From the sequence record KX377933: DNA of 64,000 nucleotides; one strand, 5' to 3'. Shown here one piece after another: positions 54,834-64,000 of this stretch. The stretch is from Escherichia phage vB_EcoM_Alf5. The number at the start of each line of letters is the position of its first letter. Position 1 is the first letter of the stretch. The translations under genes and the position numbers were made by a program. The notes beneath the pieces were generated by a model that saw only the letters and a list, made by a program, of their open reading frames with translations, was not told the DNA's origin and did no database searches.

Positions 54834-55090
54834 TTTGTAAACCCTTTCTTAATGAACCAGTTGATGACACTCTTCACAAATTTACTACGATGGTAGATAA
54901 AATGTGGAGAGGGTTGGTATGAACCATAAGCCCAGAAAGCGATAATTTCATTACACCCTGTGCATCGGGTACTTTCTTCAGCAATATGACCGTTGACTAT
55001 TTCACTTACCTCACCTTGTAAGTCTGTACACCCACAATGTGGACATCGGATAGGTGTTCCATCAGACTCATAGCAGTGTTCAATTTTCAT
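54830..55090 (-). CDS. zinc-ribbon protein
   Basis: 86 aa with CPHCGC and CTGC pairs. Confidence 0.4.
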   Translation of the reverse strand: MKIEHCYESDGTPIRCPHCGCTDLQGEVSEIVNGHIAEESTRCTGCNEIIAFWAYGSYQPSPHFIYHRSKFVKSVINWFIKKGFTK

Positions 55091-55606
55091 TTATTTAACC
55101 TCAAAAACTGGCTCAAGAACCAATATAAAGTCTACACAGTCATCTTCTTCATCCAGAATACCATCAAAGTTCTTAGGAACGAAGTCGAAGAGGCTCATAA
55201 CAAAGCAGTCAGAAGTGACCTTGATAGTTCCTCCCATGTTCTCTACAGTCAACACTGTACGACTTTCTTTTACCTCCCTCAGAAGATTACCCACAAAGTC
55301 GTCTAAGAAGTACTTCATCAGTGACTTGAAACCTTTAGGGTAATCTGTACCAGAGTATGTTTCAATCTGAGGAACAAGCTTAACATTTATACTAGTCTTT
55401 GTTAAGAACGTTTTAGAGAACATACTATCAGGTAACTTACAAACAGTCTTTCCAGTACCTTCATGCTCAATCTCAACAAAACCAGCTTCGTCGCCACATG
55501 TAACTATTTTAAAAGATGCTTCATTCTCATACTGTGAAGCCATAAACTTTTTAAGCATCTCTTTAAGGAAGTCTGCATGAGCATCTTGTAAGAAGATATC
55601 AATCAT
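55091..55606 (-). CDS. hypothetical protein
   Basis: 171-aa ORF. Confidence 0.45.
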   Translation of the reverse strand: MIDIFLQDAHADFLKEMLKKFMASQYENEASFKIVTCGDEAGFVEIEHEGTGKTVCKLPDSMFSKTFLTKTSINVKLVPQIETYSGTDYPKGFKSLMKYFLDDFVGNLLREVKESRTVLTVENMGGTIKVTSDCFVMSLFDFVPKNFDGILDEEDDCVDFILVLEPVFEVK

Positions 55607-55619
55607 AGTTAATCACCTA

Positions 55620-55979
55620 TTATGGGAACAAACACTTAATGTCATCGTTTTTGAAAACAAAACTTGTGTAATTATGACCATCAACATCCAGCCAAACAGC
55701 CTGAACATCTACACCATCAAGATTTTGGTAAAGCTCTTTGATGAAGTGGTCTTTTACAATCTGACTGCTAGTTGTTTCCAACTTAATGTTCGAGATTGCT
55801 GAACCTACAGCCATATAGCCCATGACACGTTTCTTCTCAGTATGCTTAATCTTACCATCTTTGTAAGCCATAATGAGATTGGAAAGAATCTTTACACCGT
55901 AATACTTTTCAAGGTGAGTAGGTACACCATAAAAGCCTAATGCGAAGTTTTCAGAGTGGATAATGTTTTCACGTTTCAT
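55620..55979 (-). CDS. hypothetical protein
   Basis: 119-aa ORF. Confidence 0.4.
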   Translation of the reverse strand: MKRENIIHSENFALGFYGVPTHLEKYYGVKILSNLIMAYKDGKIKHTEKKRVMGYMAVGSAISNIKLETTSSQIVKDHFIKELYQNLDGVDVQAVWLDVDGHNYTSFVFKNDDIKCLFP

Positions 55980-55980
55980 A

Positions 55981-56310
55981 CTAGTCTGCCAACCTTAAAT
56001 TGAAATTAACACCAAATTTTTCACATACTTCCAACATATACTCAAGGGAAACATTACCAGTGAGGTGGATTATGTTGGATACACGAGCCTGAGAGATACC
56101 ACAAATTTTAGCAACTTGCTCTTGAGAAAGACCTCTTGATTTAATCTCTCTCTTAAAACGATGTGCAACGAAGTCTCTCATTTCATCTACATCCATTGGA
56201 CAAATATAACTCTCCATTTCAGCCTCTCTATCAGCCTCCCAATCATCTTGTGGGGCATAAGGGTCAAAAACCTCATTCATCTTTCTTCTTCCGTTTGCGT
56301 GAAGTGTCAA
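55981..56310 (-). CDS. helix-turn-helix DNA-binding protein
   Basis: GLSQEQVAKICGISQARVSNI fits XRE-type HTH. Confidence 0.5.
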   Translation of the reverse strand: MTLHANGRRKMNEVFDPYAPQDDWEADREAEMESYICPMDVDEMRDFVAHRFKREIKSRGLSQEQVAKICGISQARVSNIIHLTGNVSLEYMLEVCEKFGVNFNLRLAD

Positions 56311-56485
56311 TCAATGAATCTATGTTTGTAGCCCTAACCTTTTCACGTTCATCATTAAGATAATCGTCAAGAGCCTTTTCAATCTGTGAATCATCTTGAC
56401 AGATGACTGTAAAGACTGTAAAGCCGTCTGTATCGTCAATTATCTTACCATAACCGCTTCTGGGATGTAACTTTTTAAGAGCCAT
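56273..56485 (-). CDS. hypothetical protein
   Basis: 70-aa ORF. Confidence 0.35.
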   Translation of the reverse strand: MALKKLHPRSGYGKIIDDTDGFTVFTVICQDDSQIEKALDDYLNDEREKVRATNIDSLIDTSRKRKKKDE

Positions 56486-56486
56486 A

Positions 56487-56870
56487 TTAGATACCTGTGC
56501 AGCTTCTGTTTTCTAAGAAATACTCAACACCATACATAGCTTTTTGCATCAAATCTTCTTTAAACTGGATACGATGGTTGAGCATAGCCTGTACATCAAT
56601 ATCATCATGGTGCTTCTCTTTAATATTTGCAGATTGCAGGAAATACTCTGCAAGAACGCGATACTGGTAGTCAGTTACCTTATCAGTCATCTCTGTCAAA
56701 GACTCTTCAGAGATTGGTTTAAGTAGCTCACCATTAGCTAGAGCAACACCTTTTACAATCTGGCAAGTATCCTCTGGAACACCTGATAAGTCCACATTTG
56801 GAAGTTCTGTTGCATTGACTGGTAAATTCATTGCCATAACCATTGCAGCAGCTAATAAAATCTTTTTCAT
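56487..56870 (-). CDS. secreted hypothetical protein
   Basis: signal peptide MKKILLAAAMVMAMNLPVNA. Confidence 0.45.
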   Translation of the reverse strand: MKKILLAAAMVMAMNLPVNATELPNVDLSGVPEDTCQIVKGVALANGELLKPISEESLTEMTDKVTDYQYRVLAEYFLQSANIKEKHHDDIDVQAMLNHRIQFKEDLMQKAMYGVEYFLENRSCTGI

Positions 56871-57055
56871 AATGACCTCAAAGTTATATTAAATTTTGTA
56901 TTACATTGAGTATAAAAATAAGCTATAACACCTGACTTGTCAACAGATTTTATAGCTTATTTGGCAGATTTTTTATAAGGCTACTGCCATCCTTCCATAC
57001 CTTACCTTACCACACCTAACCATACCTAACCAAACTACACCATACAATACCTTGT

Positions 57056-57123
57056 TAAAAGACCCTCTTAAAGACCTTTTAAAAAGGTAAGTCTCATTTT
57101 AATGTAGCTGAGACTAACTACCC
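57056..57123 (-). repeat. direct repeat R1 (~68 bp) containing a minus-strand terminator-like hairpin
   Basis: near-identical to 58466-58535; AGTCTCA...TGAGACT hairpin followed by T-run on minus strand. Confidence 0.6.
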
Positions 57124-57206
57124 GCACCTTACATCGCCATACCCAACCAAACCCAACCAGACCGCACCTTACAGCGCCTAACCTTACCTGACCGAACCAT
57201 ACCTTA

Positions 57207-57262
57207 TTAAAAGACCCTCTTAAAGACCTTTTAAAAAGGAGCCTCCGAAGAGGCTGCCTAGT
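57207..57262 (-). terminator. partial R repeat fused to minus-strand terminator
   Basis: first 33 nt of R then AGCCTC-CGAA-GAGGCT hairpin with T-run on minus strand, after the 57267 stop. Confidence 0.5.
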
Positions 57263-57266
57263 CAAC

Positions 57267-57707
57267 TTAGAAAGGTTTTCTACGTTGCTTGTTAATGTTA
57301 GCCTTCATAGCAGCTAAATGGTTTTGCTGTTCAATCAGTCGTGAACGTTCTTGATGGCTAAGTGCCATAGTGTTCACATTCTCAATCGCTTGAGTGGCTT
57401 GCTTTAAAGCTCGACCAATCTTACCAGACATTTTACGTTTTGCAATAGTTGCTTGATGCTTAGGTTCAACCACACGATAACCAACACCCATTGAAGCAAC
57501 CAGATAAATCTTCTCTTCTTTAAGAAGCTTCTCAATAAACTTCTCAAGTCGGTTTAGACGTGTAAGCGCATAAGCCTTCATTTCATCTTCGTACTTAACA
57601 ATGTCACCTTGATAAGTTGGCTTCACAATACCTAAGAAGGTGTCCATCTCAGAATGTGATACAGTGTCACCGTAACTAAACTTTGCTGCTAATGCTTTCG
57701 TATTCAT
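57267..57707 (-). CDS. hypothetical protein (repeat-flanked cassette gene 2)
   Basis: 146-aa ORF. Confidence 0.45.
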   Translation of the reverse strand: MNTKALAAKFSYGDTVSHSEMDTFLGIVKPTYQGDIVKYEDEMKAYALTRLNRLEKFIEKLLKEEKIYLVASMGVGYRVVEPKHQATIAKRKMSGKIGRALKQATQAIENVNTMALSHQERSRLIEQQNHLAAMKANINKQRRKPF

Positions 57708-57709
57708 AA

Positions 57710-58315
<606 letters not shown>

Positions 58316-58465
58316 TTAGTTGATTGTTAAGTTGTTTGTAAAGAACCCTCAACAGAAGACTCTTTAGAAACTTGGTAGATTTTTAACGTGGCTACTACCA
58401 TCCACCCATACCAGACCTAACCCGACCGCACCGAACCTGACCAGACCTCACAGCGCCACACCTCA

Positions 58466-58535
58466 TTAAAAGACCCTGTTTAAAGACCTTTTAAAAAGGT
58501 AAGTCTCATTTTAATGTAGCTGAGACTAACTACCC
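58466..58535 (-). repeat. direct repeat R2
   Basis: ttaaaagaccctgtttaaagaccttttaaaaaggtaagtctcattttaatgtagctgagactaactaccc, matches R1 except one small indel. Confidence 0.6.
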
Positions 58536-58843
58536 ATACCAAACAGCACCGCACTATGCCTTACCCCACCTCACCGAGCCTCGCCCCACATCACTTAAAA
58601 AACCCTTTTCAAAGACTCTTAAGTGATGTTGGTGAGTACCCGTTGGTTTATGCTGCTCAGTATACTCACCAAATTTTCTATGTCAACAACTTTTTATAAA
58701 AAAGTTCTGATAGCTATATGTGTCACGAAACAAAAGATTGTAAACAAGACACCCATTGCAAAAGATGTGTCCAAAAGCTTACTTGCAACGTATGACAATA
58801 CAAAGACAACCAGTATAAACAGAATGACTGTACTGAACATAGT

Positions 58844-59980
58844 TTATTCATAATCCCTAATAACTAGCCCTACAGGGAACTGTAAAGACCCCTTACGAGT
58901 CATCTTCTGGAACTGAACCGTTAAAGGTTTCCCGATAAACTCTTCAGGGTGTTCAGCAAGATACTGTTTCTTCTCGTGAGTAGTCTTCCATGAAACATCT
59001 ACAAAGACGTTAGGAAGAGTCTCTACAACGAACTTACCATGACCACGCTTATCGGTCTTGACACCAGTCACTTTAAACTCTTCAGTGTGCATCTTCTTGT
59101 GCTTAATCAAGAAGTATGAACGGTGACAACACTCATAGAAGGAGTCTTCAGAGATTGAACGGTACATTGCACCTTCAAACTTAGCTTCAACCCACTTATC
59201 ATGAGCTTCATCAAACTCTTCCCAAGAATTTACACGGATAGTCTGTACAGGAACAACTCTACAGGTATCCCCAAGCTCAACAATAGGTGAGTTATCAATA
59301 ACTTCACGACGTTCAGGCCAAGATTTTGAATTGTCGCAGATATCATACCAGTAGAATTTAAGAAGGTGACGGTCTGGATTGTCAGCATTCTTAATCATAG
59401 ACACAATGTCTTCTAAGTCCCAACCATGAGCATAAATCTCGCCATCAAAGTCTTCAACTTGTGGATGTAATTTAAGCAACAAAAGCAAATCTGGGATTAG
59501 TTCTTCTGGAACGTTGTAAACAGTATTCTCACGAGAATAAGCCGTGAAACTAACTGAATCATCATCTCTTGAAATTCTACAACGAACACCATCAAGTTTT
59601 GGTTGAGCATCAGCAGGGAACTTCAGGTACTTCGCATGACTAACCTTTGCAGCATCATGAGCAAGCTGTACACCTACCTTCTCAGTATTCTGTGCAGACT
59701 CTTTTGTGTAAGCATAACCTTTACGGTCAACTTGCTTTTTATACTTAGCAGCAACTTCAAAGAGAGCTTGCTGTTCAGCGTTACGCTCATTCTTTTTACC
59801 GATGTTTTTAGGTTCTGCTGTATACTCTTCAAACATCATCTTGCCATTTTCTTTACCATAGGTTGTAATAACTTTGTCACCTACAGCAACGCATGACCAG
59901 ACGTTGAAAGAGCCATCTTTATTTTGTTTGTATAGGATTGTCATTTTATTCCTCTGAGTGATACCAAGTGTTGCAAGCAT
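58844..59980 (-). CDS. ATP-dependent DNA ligase
   Basis: KLDGVRC adenylation motif (KxDG) and downstream ligase-like motifs. Confidence 0.8.
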   Translation of the reverse strand: MLATLGITQRNKMTILYKQNKDGSFNVWSCVAVGDKVITTYGKENGKMMFEEYTAEPKNIGKKNERNAEQQALFEVAAKYKKQVDRKGYAYTKESAQNTEKVGVQLAHDAAKVSHAKYLKFPADAQPKLDGVRCRISRDDDSVSFTAYSRENTVYNVPEELIPDLLLLLKLHPQVEDFDGEIYAHGWDLEDIVSMIKNADNPDRHLLKFYWYDICDNSKSWPERREVIDNSPIVELGDTCRVVPVQTIRVNSWEEFDEAHDKWVEAKFEGAMYRSISEDSFYECCHRSYFLIKHKKMHTEEFKVTGVKTDKRGHGKFVVETLPNVFVDVSWKTTHEKKQYLAEHPEEFIGKPLTVQFQKMTRKGSLQFPVGLVIRDYE

Positions 59981-60137
59981 TACATGCGTAAATCTCTAAG
60001 TCATTTTTATCCGGTTTATGAAAACAGTTTGCTCCGCAGTGGCAACGAAATGGCTTTCCACCAACTGTCAGGACGAAGGACTGAATCTTTCCATCAGGAG
60101 TTCGTACAGCATTTTTATGCTTATCTTCTTTGTTCAT
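59946..60137 (-). CDS. zinc-finger protein
   Basis: 63 aa with CHCGANC and CNACNTWY cysteine pairs. Confidence 0.35.
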   Translation of the reverse strand: MNKEDKHKNAVRTPDGKIQSFVLTVGGKPFRCHCGANCFHKPDKNDLEIYACNACNTWYHSEE

Positions 60138-60439
60138 TTCCTCTTGCCACCAATTTCTACGTCAATAACTTGAACATCACCAGCAACATCAAACTTATGA
60201 ATGATGCTTTCCACAGTGTAAGTCCAATCCTCAATGCGAACCAACTCACCTTCTCGTGGGACGATTGGATTACGTTGAGCTACCGTTGTAGTGGAGTGAA
60301 CAACATCATAACGATAGATATAGTTTACTAATACTTCCATCGTTAAAACCTCACTCAATAACCGTAGTATGTGATTGACCATTTTTGCCATAGCTATAAG
60401 ATGTTGTTGTTTGAGAGTTTGGGCATCTGACAACAACAA
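60134..60439 (-). CDS. hypothetical protein
   Basis: 101-aa ORF. Confidence 0.4.
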   Translation of the reverse strand: MLLSDAQTLKQQHLIAMAKMVNHILRLLSEVLTMEVLVNYIYRYDVVHSTTTVAQRNPIVPREGELVRIEDWTYTVESIIHKFDVAGDVQVIDVEIGGKRK

Positions 60440-60608
60440 TATCTCTGCTTATAGCATCACCATTGAGTTTGTAGATTTTGCAGTCTTGCATCTCTGGAGG
60501 GAGGCTGTAAGAAGCATCTTTGTTTTCATAAGATGGGTTGCAGCCAGCCAGAAAAATTACTCCAAGTGCAACCATTGCTTTCACACAACTCTTAACCTTA
60601 TTGTTCAC
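60351..60608 (-). CDS. putative lipoprotein
   Basis: signal peptide with lipobox LAGC; overlaps downstream ORF, so one of the two may be spurious. Confidence 0.35.
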   Translation of the reverse strand: MNNKVKSCVKAMVALGVIFLAGCNPSYENKDASYSLPPEMQDCKIYKLNGDAISRDIVVVRCPNSQTTTSYSYGKNGQSHTTVIE

Positions 60609-60740
60609 GATAGTCTACCTCTCTGTATGTTTTTAAATAGTGAGTGATGAGTTCTGGTAATTCACTACGTTTAACGTTTGAACGAAGAAGTGTCCAGTCA
60701 AAACCTTTACCAACCCTTCCCCAGAGACTGTACATTTTCT

Positions 60741-60974
60741 TCATAGCAACTCCAGAATATCAATACGTTCGCCTTTGAGTACTCCAGTACGGTCTTTTGC
60801 AATCTTACCGTCAACGATAAGGATGTGTGTAGACCTTAAAGCATCGTTGTTAAAGGTTTTTACGAACTTGCTAGGCATGACTACAATGGACATCTCCTGA
60901 ATTAACTCTGGAGTGTAGCAGTTATCATGAAGTTGCTGAATAACGTCTGCAAGTGTCATTTTTGATGTCTCCAA
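60741..60974 (-). CDS. hypothetical protein
   Basis: 77-aa ORF. Confidence 0.35.
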   Translation of the reverse strand: METSKMTLADVIQQLHDNCYTPELIQEMSIVVMPSKFVKTFNNDALRSTHILIVDGKIAKDRTGVLKGERIDILELL

Positions 60975-61165
60975 TACTCAATGTCAATAAGTTCTTGTGC
61001 AATGCTTTTTAGATTACCTTTCAAGAAAACCTTCTCAGAACCTGAAAGAGATGAATTGTCAATTAACCTGTTCATTCTCTCAAACAACTTCTGCTTACGG
61101 TTCTTGATAGTTTCCTTTGAAGCACCTTTCATCATTGCTGCATGGGTTCTTCCACGGTGGCTCAT
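60956..61165 (-). CDS. hypothetical protein
   Basis: 69-aa ORF. Confidence 0.35.
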   Translation of the reverse strand: MSHRGRTHAAMMKGASKETIKNRKQKLFERMNRLIDNSSLSGSEKVFLKGNLKSIAQELIDIEYWRHQK

Positions 61166-61216
61166 AAGCCCTCCTATATAAGATATAGTATAAGGTACTC
61201 TTCCATGAGCACCTTG

Positions 61217-61768
61217 TCAAGATAGTTTTGCAAACTCTCCGTGGAGCTTAATAGCAGCTTCACAGTAAGCTTTATGGGCTTCTTCTGGTGTGTCAAACAT
61301 ACCAAGATGATAGTTTTTACCTTGTAAACGTATCATTGCTCGAAACATTTTACTTATCTTCTGTACACCTTTTGGCAACCCAGATGGGGACTCTCTTGAC
61401 CGATTGCAAGAGTTTTGTGAAGCTGTACAAACCCTTAAATTCAAGTACCTATTGTCCCAACCGTCCCCATTCTTATGGTCAACCTGTAAGGTTTTATCAG
61501 GTAGATATCCATCCATATACAAGATAACTAAACGATTTGCTTGGTAACCCCTTCCATCAATCAGCAACTGAACTGACTTGTGTCCATCAGTATTTGTTCT
61601 GTAGTTTCCAGCCCTCTTACCTCCAAATCTAGAGTTAAAGTTTGCATTACCTTCTCTAAACTTCCAAGTAAAGACCCCTGTTTCGGGGTCGTAGTCCAAT
61701 AGCTCCTTAAGACGAATTTCTGTAATCATTTCAACACCATCAATGCACTTCCAACCAGCTCTTACCAA
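61217..61768 (-). CDS. HNH homing endonuclease with AP2-like DNA-binding domain
   Basis: VDHKNGDGWDNRYLNLRVCTASQN (HNH) and C-terminal AP2-like KNYHLGMFDTPEEAHKAY; overlaps 3' end of polymerase gene. Confidence 0.7.
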   Translation of the reverse strand: MVRAGWKCIDGVEMITEIRLKELLDYDPETGVFTWKFREGNANFNSRFGGKRAGNYRTNTDGHKSVQLLIDGRGYQANRLVILYMDGYLPDKTLQVDHKNGDGWDNRYLNLRVCTASQNSCNRSRESPSGLPKGVQKISKMFRAMIRLQGKNYHLGMFDTPEEAHKAYCEAAIKLHGEFAKLS

Positions 61769-63968
61769 CCTTACCTGTGCCAGTTACAAGCGTCTCACTC
61801 TTCAAACCTAAATTCTTAGATGCCTGACCATACATCCAGTCAGTTATGGCTTTAACTTCTTGAGTCATACTTTCTGGGCACTCCCAACTGTTTTCATCGT
61901 GGTATGCCAGCAAAAGCCTAGCACCAATTGCTGGTTTTCGTCCATTTAATTTTGTCAACCCTTCTTCACATGCTCTTCTACAAGCAAGGTTAATTGCCTC
62001 ATTTTGAATCTGAGCCTCTGAACCCATCAAAAGATAGTTCAATAATTTGTGTGGAGATTTACACCACAACCAAGCTCCTGCAACCTTTACAAAACCTCCT
62101 TTAGAGATTGCAGCAGTCTTACCAAACACCTCTTCAAGTGCCTTTTTAGTTGCTTTGTAGTCAGCTTCCAAGTCATCTAGCAGCTTCTTAATTTTAGGCA
62201 AACGAATAAAGTAAGTCTGTTTAGTCAGTGCTCCTTCCTGAGTAGTTGCAGCTTTAATCGTCTTAGCAAACTTCTCATCACCTGCACCGAACAGCAGTGC
62301 ATAGATACCATTCTTAGCTTTCTTACGACCTTTGCTAATCTCATGAAGAAGATTCTCATCCTGAGTAGCTCGACAAGTCAAGATATCCTGCTCATCATTC
62401 AAGCTAAAGTAAATACTGTTCAGTGTATGTGCATCAGTCCCTGAATAGACAACGTACAGGTCATTCTCAGAGTCATAGCGAAGGTACTTATCAATTTCTG
62501 GGTTGAGATACTCATCAAAATGTTTGCAGTAATAGCGTCCATCTTCTTGACGAATGAACTCAATCTCTTCTTTACCTTGCGTTACCGCTTTGGTGAAGTC
62601 TTTGTCACCCATAAAGTTACAAAGAAGAACTAGCTGGGCTGAGTTCATGTCTACAGAGACAACGTTAGTCCCTTCCTCACAAATCCACACTGCCCTCATT
62701 GGTTCCCCATAGACAGCAGCACCAGACGGTACGTTTACAATACCATATTGTGTCATACGTCCAGTTGAAGTACCAAACACCATTGCACCAGCACTAAGGC
62801 GACCATCAGGACGAATCTGGTTCAACCAACCTTTTTCATCATCTTTTGAGTTCTCAATAGTTCTGCGTCGGTGCATTAAAGTATAGTACTTAGCAATCTT
62901 CTGTCCAAGCTCACCTTCAATCGTATCATAAGATGATTCAGTAAGTTTTGGTGAAGTACGGATTAAGCAAGGCTCAAGCAAATCTGTGTACTTCTTCACA
63001 GACCAGTTATGCTCAATGTACTGTACACCTTCGTGCTCAACATAGCTCAAACCACACCGCTCAACCATTTCCTGCCACTTAGGATGTTTTGTAATCATCT
63101 TTTTATTGTCTTTGAAACGACAAACTTTGACAGGGCGACCGTCTGAGTCTTTCTTGTAGTTCCAGTCATCTGGAATCCAACCAACTGATTTCAAGTAGTC
63201 TTTAACAACTGCTACCTGAGTCATACGAGAAACTTCAAACTCAATTGGTGTATATGGTGCATCAATCAAACCTGTGTAGCGACTTGACTCAAGTTCAAAG
63301 TGGTTAACAACGTGGCTGTTATAGTACTTCACAGTTTTGACTGTTTTTACTGGCTTCCAGTCTTTGCATTTCTTACCAATCTTTGCATTCAACTCATTGC
63401 AAATTGCACGAGCATCCTTCATTGCTACAAAACCTTCCTTGTACTCTTCACCAGTTACAGAGTTGGTTGGTGTATAGCAATTCCTTTTTTCAATGTTAAA
63501 AATCTTTGTAGTTGGCTTACCAAATGGTTTGATTTCATAAGTCTGCATCTCACCATTACGTACCTGCTGACGGTACTTTGTCTTAGGGTACTTGGTAATT
63601 CTCTTCAGTCCATCTGCATGACCAAATGTTTCAACATACTCATTCCAAGCCCTTGCAAACTCTTCTCCAGTGACTTTACCTTTGGTCTTAATAGTTGGAG
63701 GAAGATGTGGTTCAACCTCTGAAGCAAGCTCATTAGTCAACTTGTCAAGTTCCTTTACATGGAACTCCATAAGCTCTTTATCAGCTTTCCAACCATTGAT
63801 AGCTTGCTGGCTCATCCAGAAAGATGTCTCTTTAGCTCGCATGTAAGTCTCATAAGTGTCTATACCACACTTCTTAAGCTTGAGATACTCGTTATCAAGT
63901 GCCCGTTTAGTTTTGGCATTAATACGGATATCTTCTACAACACGAGTGAAGATTTCTGCATTCCACAC
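61740..63968 (-). CDS. DNA polymerase, family A
   Basis: motif A VDMNSAQLVLL, motif B KAKNGIYALLFGAG, motif C YHDE; N-terminus near window edge and may extend further. Confidence 0.8.
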   Translation of the reverse strand: MWNAEIFTRVVEDIRINAKTKRALDNEYLKLKKCGIDTYETYMRAKETSFWMSQQAINGWKADKELMEFHVKELDKLTNELASEVEPHLPPTIKTKGKVTGEEFARAWNEYVETFGHADGLKRITKYPKTKYRQQVRNGEMQTYEIKPFGKPTTKIFNIEKRNCYTPTNSVTGEEYKEGFVAMKDARAICNELNAKIGKKCKDWKPVKTVKTVKYYNSHVVNHFELESSRYTGLIDAPYTPIEFEVSRMTQVAVVKDYLKSVGWIPDDWNYKKDSDGRPVKVCRFKDNKKMITKHPKWQEMVERCGLSYVEHEGVQYIEHNWSVKKYTDLLEPCLIRTSPKLTESSYDTIEGELGQKIAKYYTLMHRRRTIENSKDDEKGWLNQIRPDGRLSAGAMVFGTSTGRMTQYGIVNVPSGAAVYGEPMRAVWICEEGTNVVSVDMNSAQLVLLCNFMGDKDFTKAVTQGKEEIEFIRQEDGRYYCKHFDEYLNPEIDKYLRYDSENDLYVVYSGTDAHTLNSIYFSLNDEQDILTCRATQDENLLHEISKGRKKAKNGIYALLFGAGDEKFAKTIKAATTQEGALTKQTYFIRLPKIKKLLDDLEADYKATKKALEEVFGKTAAISKGGFVKVAGAWLWCKSPHKLLNYLLMGSEAQIQNEAINLACRRACEEGLTKLNGRKPAIGARLLLAYHDENSWECPESMTQEVKAITDWMYGQASKNLGLKSETLVTGTGKVGKSWLEVH

Positions 63969-64000
63969 ACCCCAATGTTCAATCTCTGGTTTACGGACAC

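Noticed and set aside
57068-57265. Minus-strand ORF of 65 aa with Arg/Gly/Val-rich product
   Set aside because: It is composed entirely of the C/A-rich tract and direct repeat; the composition reflects the repeat, not a protein.
58623-58853. Plus-strand ORF of 76 aa
   Set aside because: Antisense to the minus-strand gene block, next to a repeat, no RBS.

Overview
The window reads as the first ~64 kb of a virulent myovirus genome with Felix O1-like organisation (inference from gene order; no database search was possible). It opens with rIIA/rIIB, followed by a plus-strand early region of small genes (lytic transglycosylase, overlapped spanin-like pair, macro-domain protein) and an array of small cassettes with conserved hairpin-leader modules. 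A 1.6-kb ORF-free iteron-rich region (12.8-14.4 kb) separates it from a minus-strand block of small genes ending in a T4-type lysozyme and Ig-like paralogs. A Ro60-like TROVE+vWA protein (22.6-24.0 kb) sits directly upstream of a tRNA island (24.2-29.5 kb, ~26 tRNAs) that also holds an HNH endonuclease, a membrane protein and several structured non-tRNA elements. The structural module follows (terminase, portal, protease, capsid, sheath, tube, chaperones, tape measure, baseplate, two tail fibers), then a minus-strand DNA-metabolism block (ThyA, DHFR, ATP ligase, HNH-AP2 endonuclease, family A polymerase). The most interesting candidate is a phage Ro60/Y-RNA-like module: the Ro60-like gene plus a circularly permuted tRNA-like element (T-arm, capped acceptor hairpin, D-arm) enclosed by an 8-bp long-range stem at 25082-25218. 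All calls are from reading motifs and gene order; tRNA boundaries and anticodons are hand-folded and may be off by a few nucleotides.
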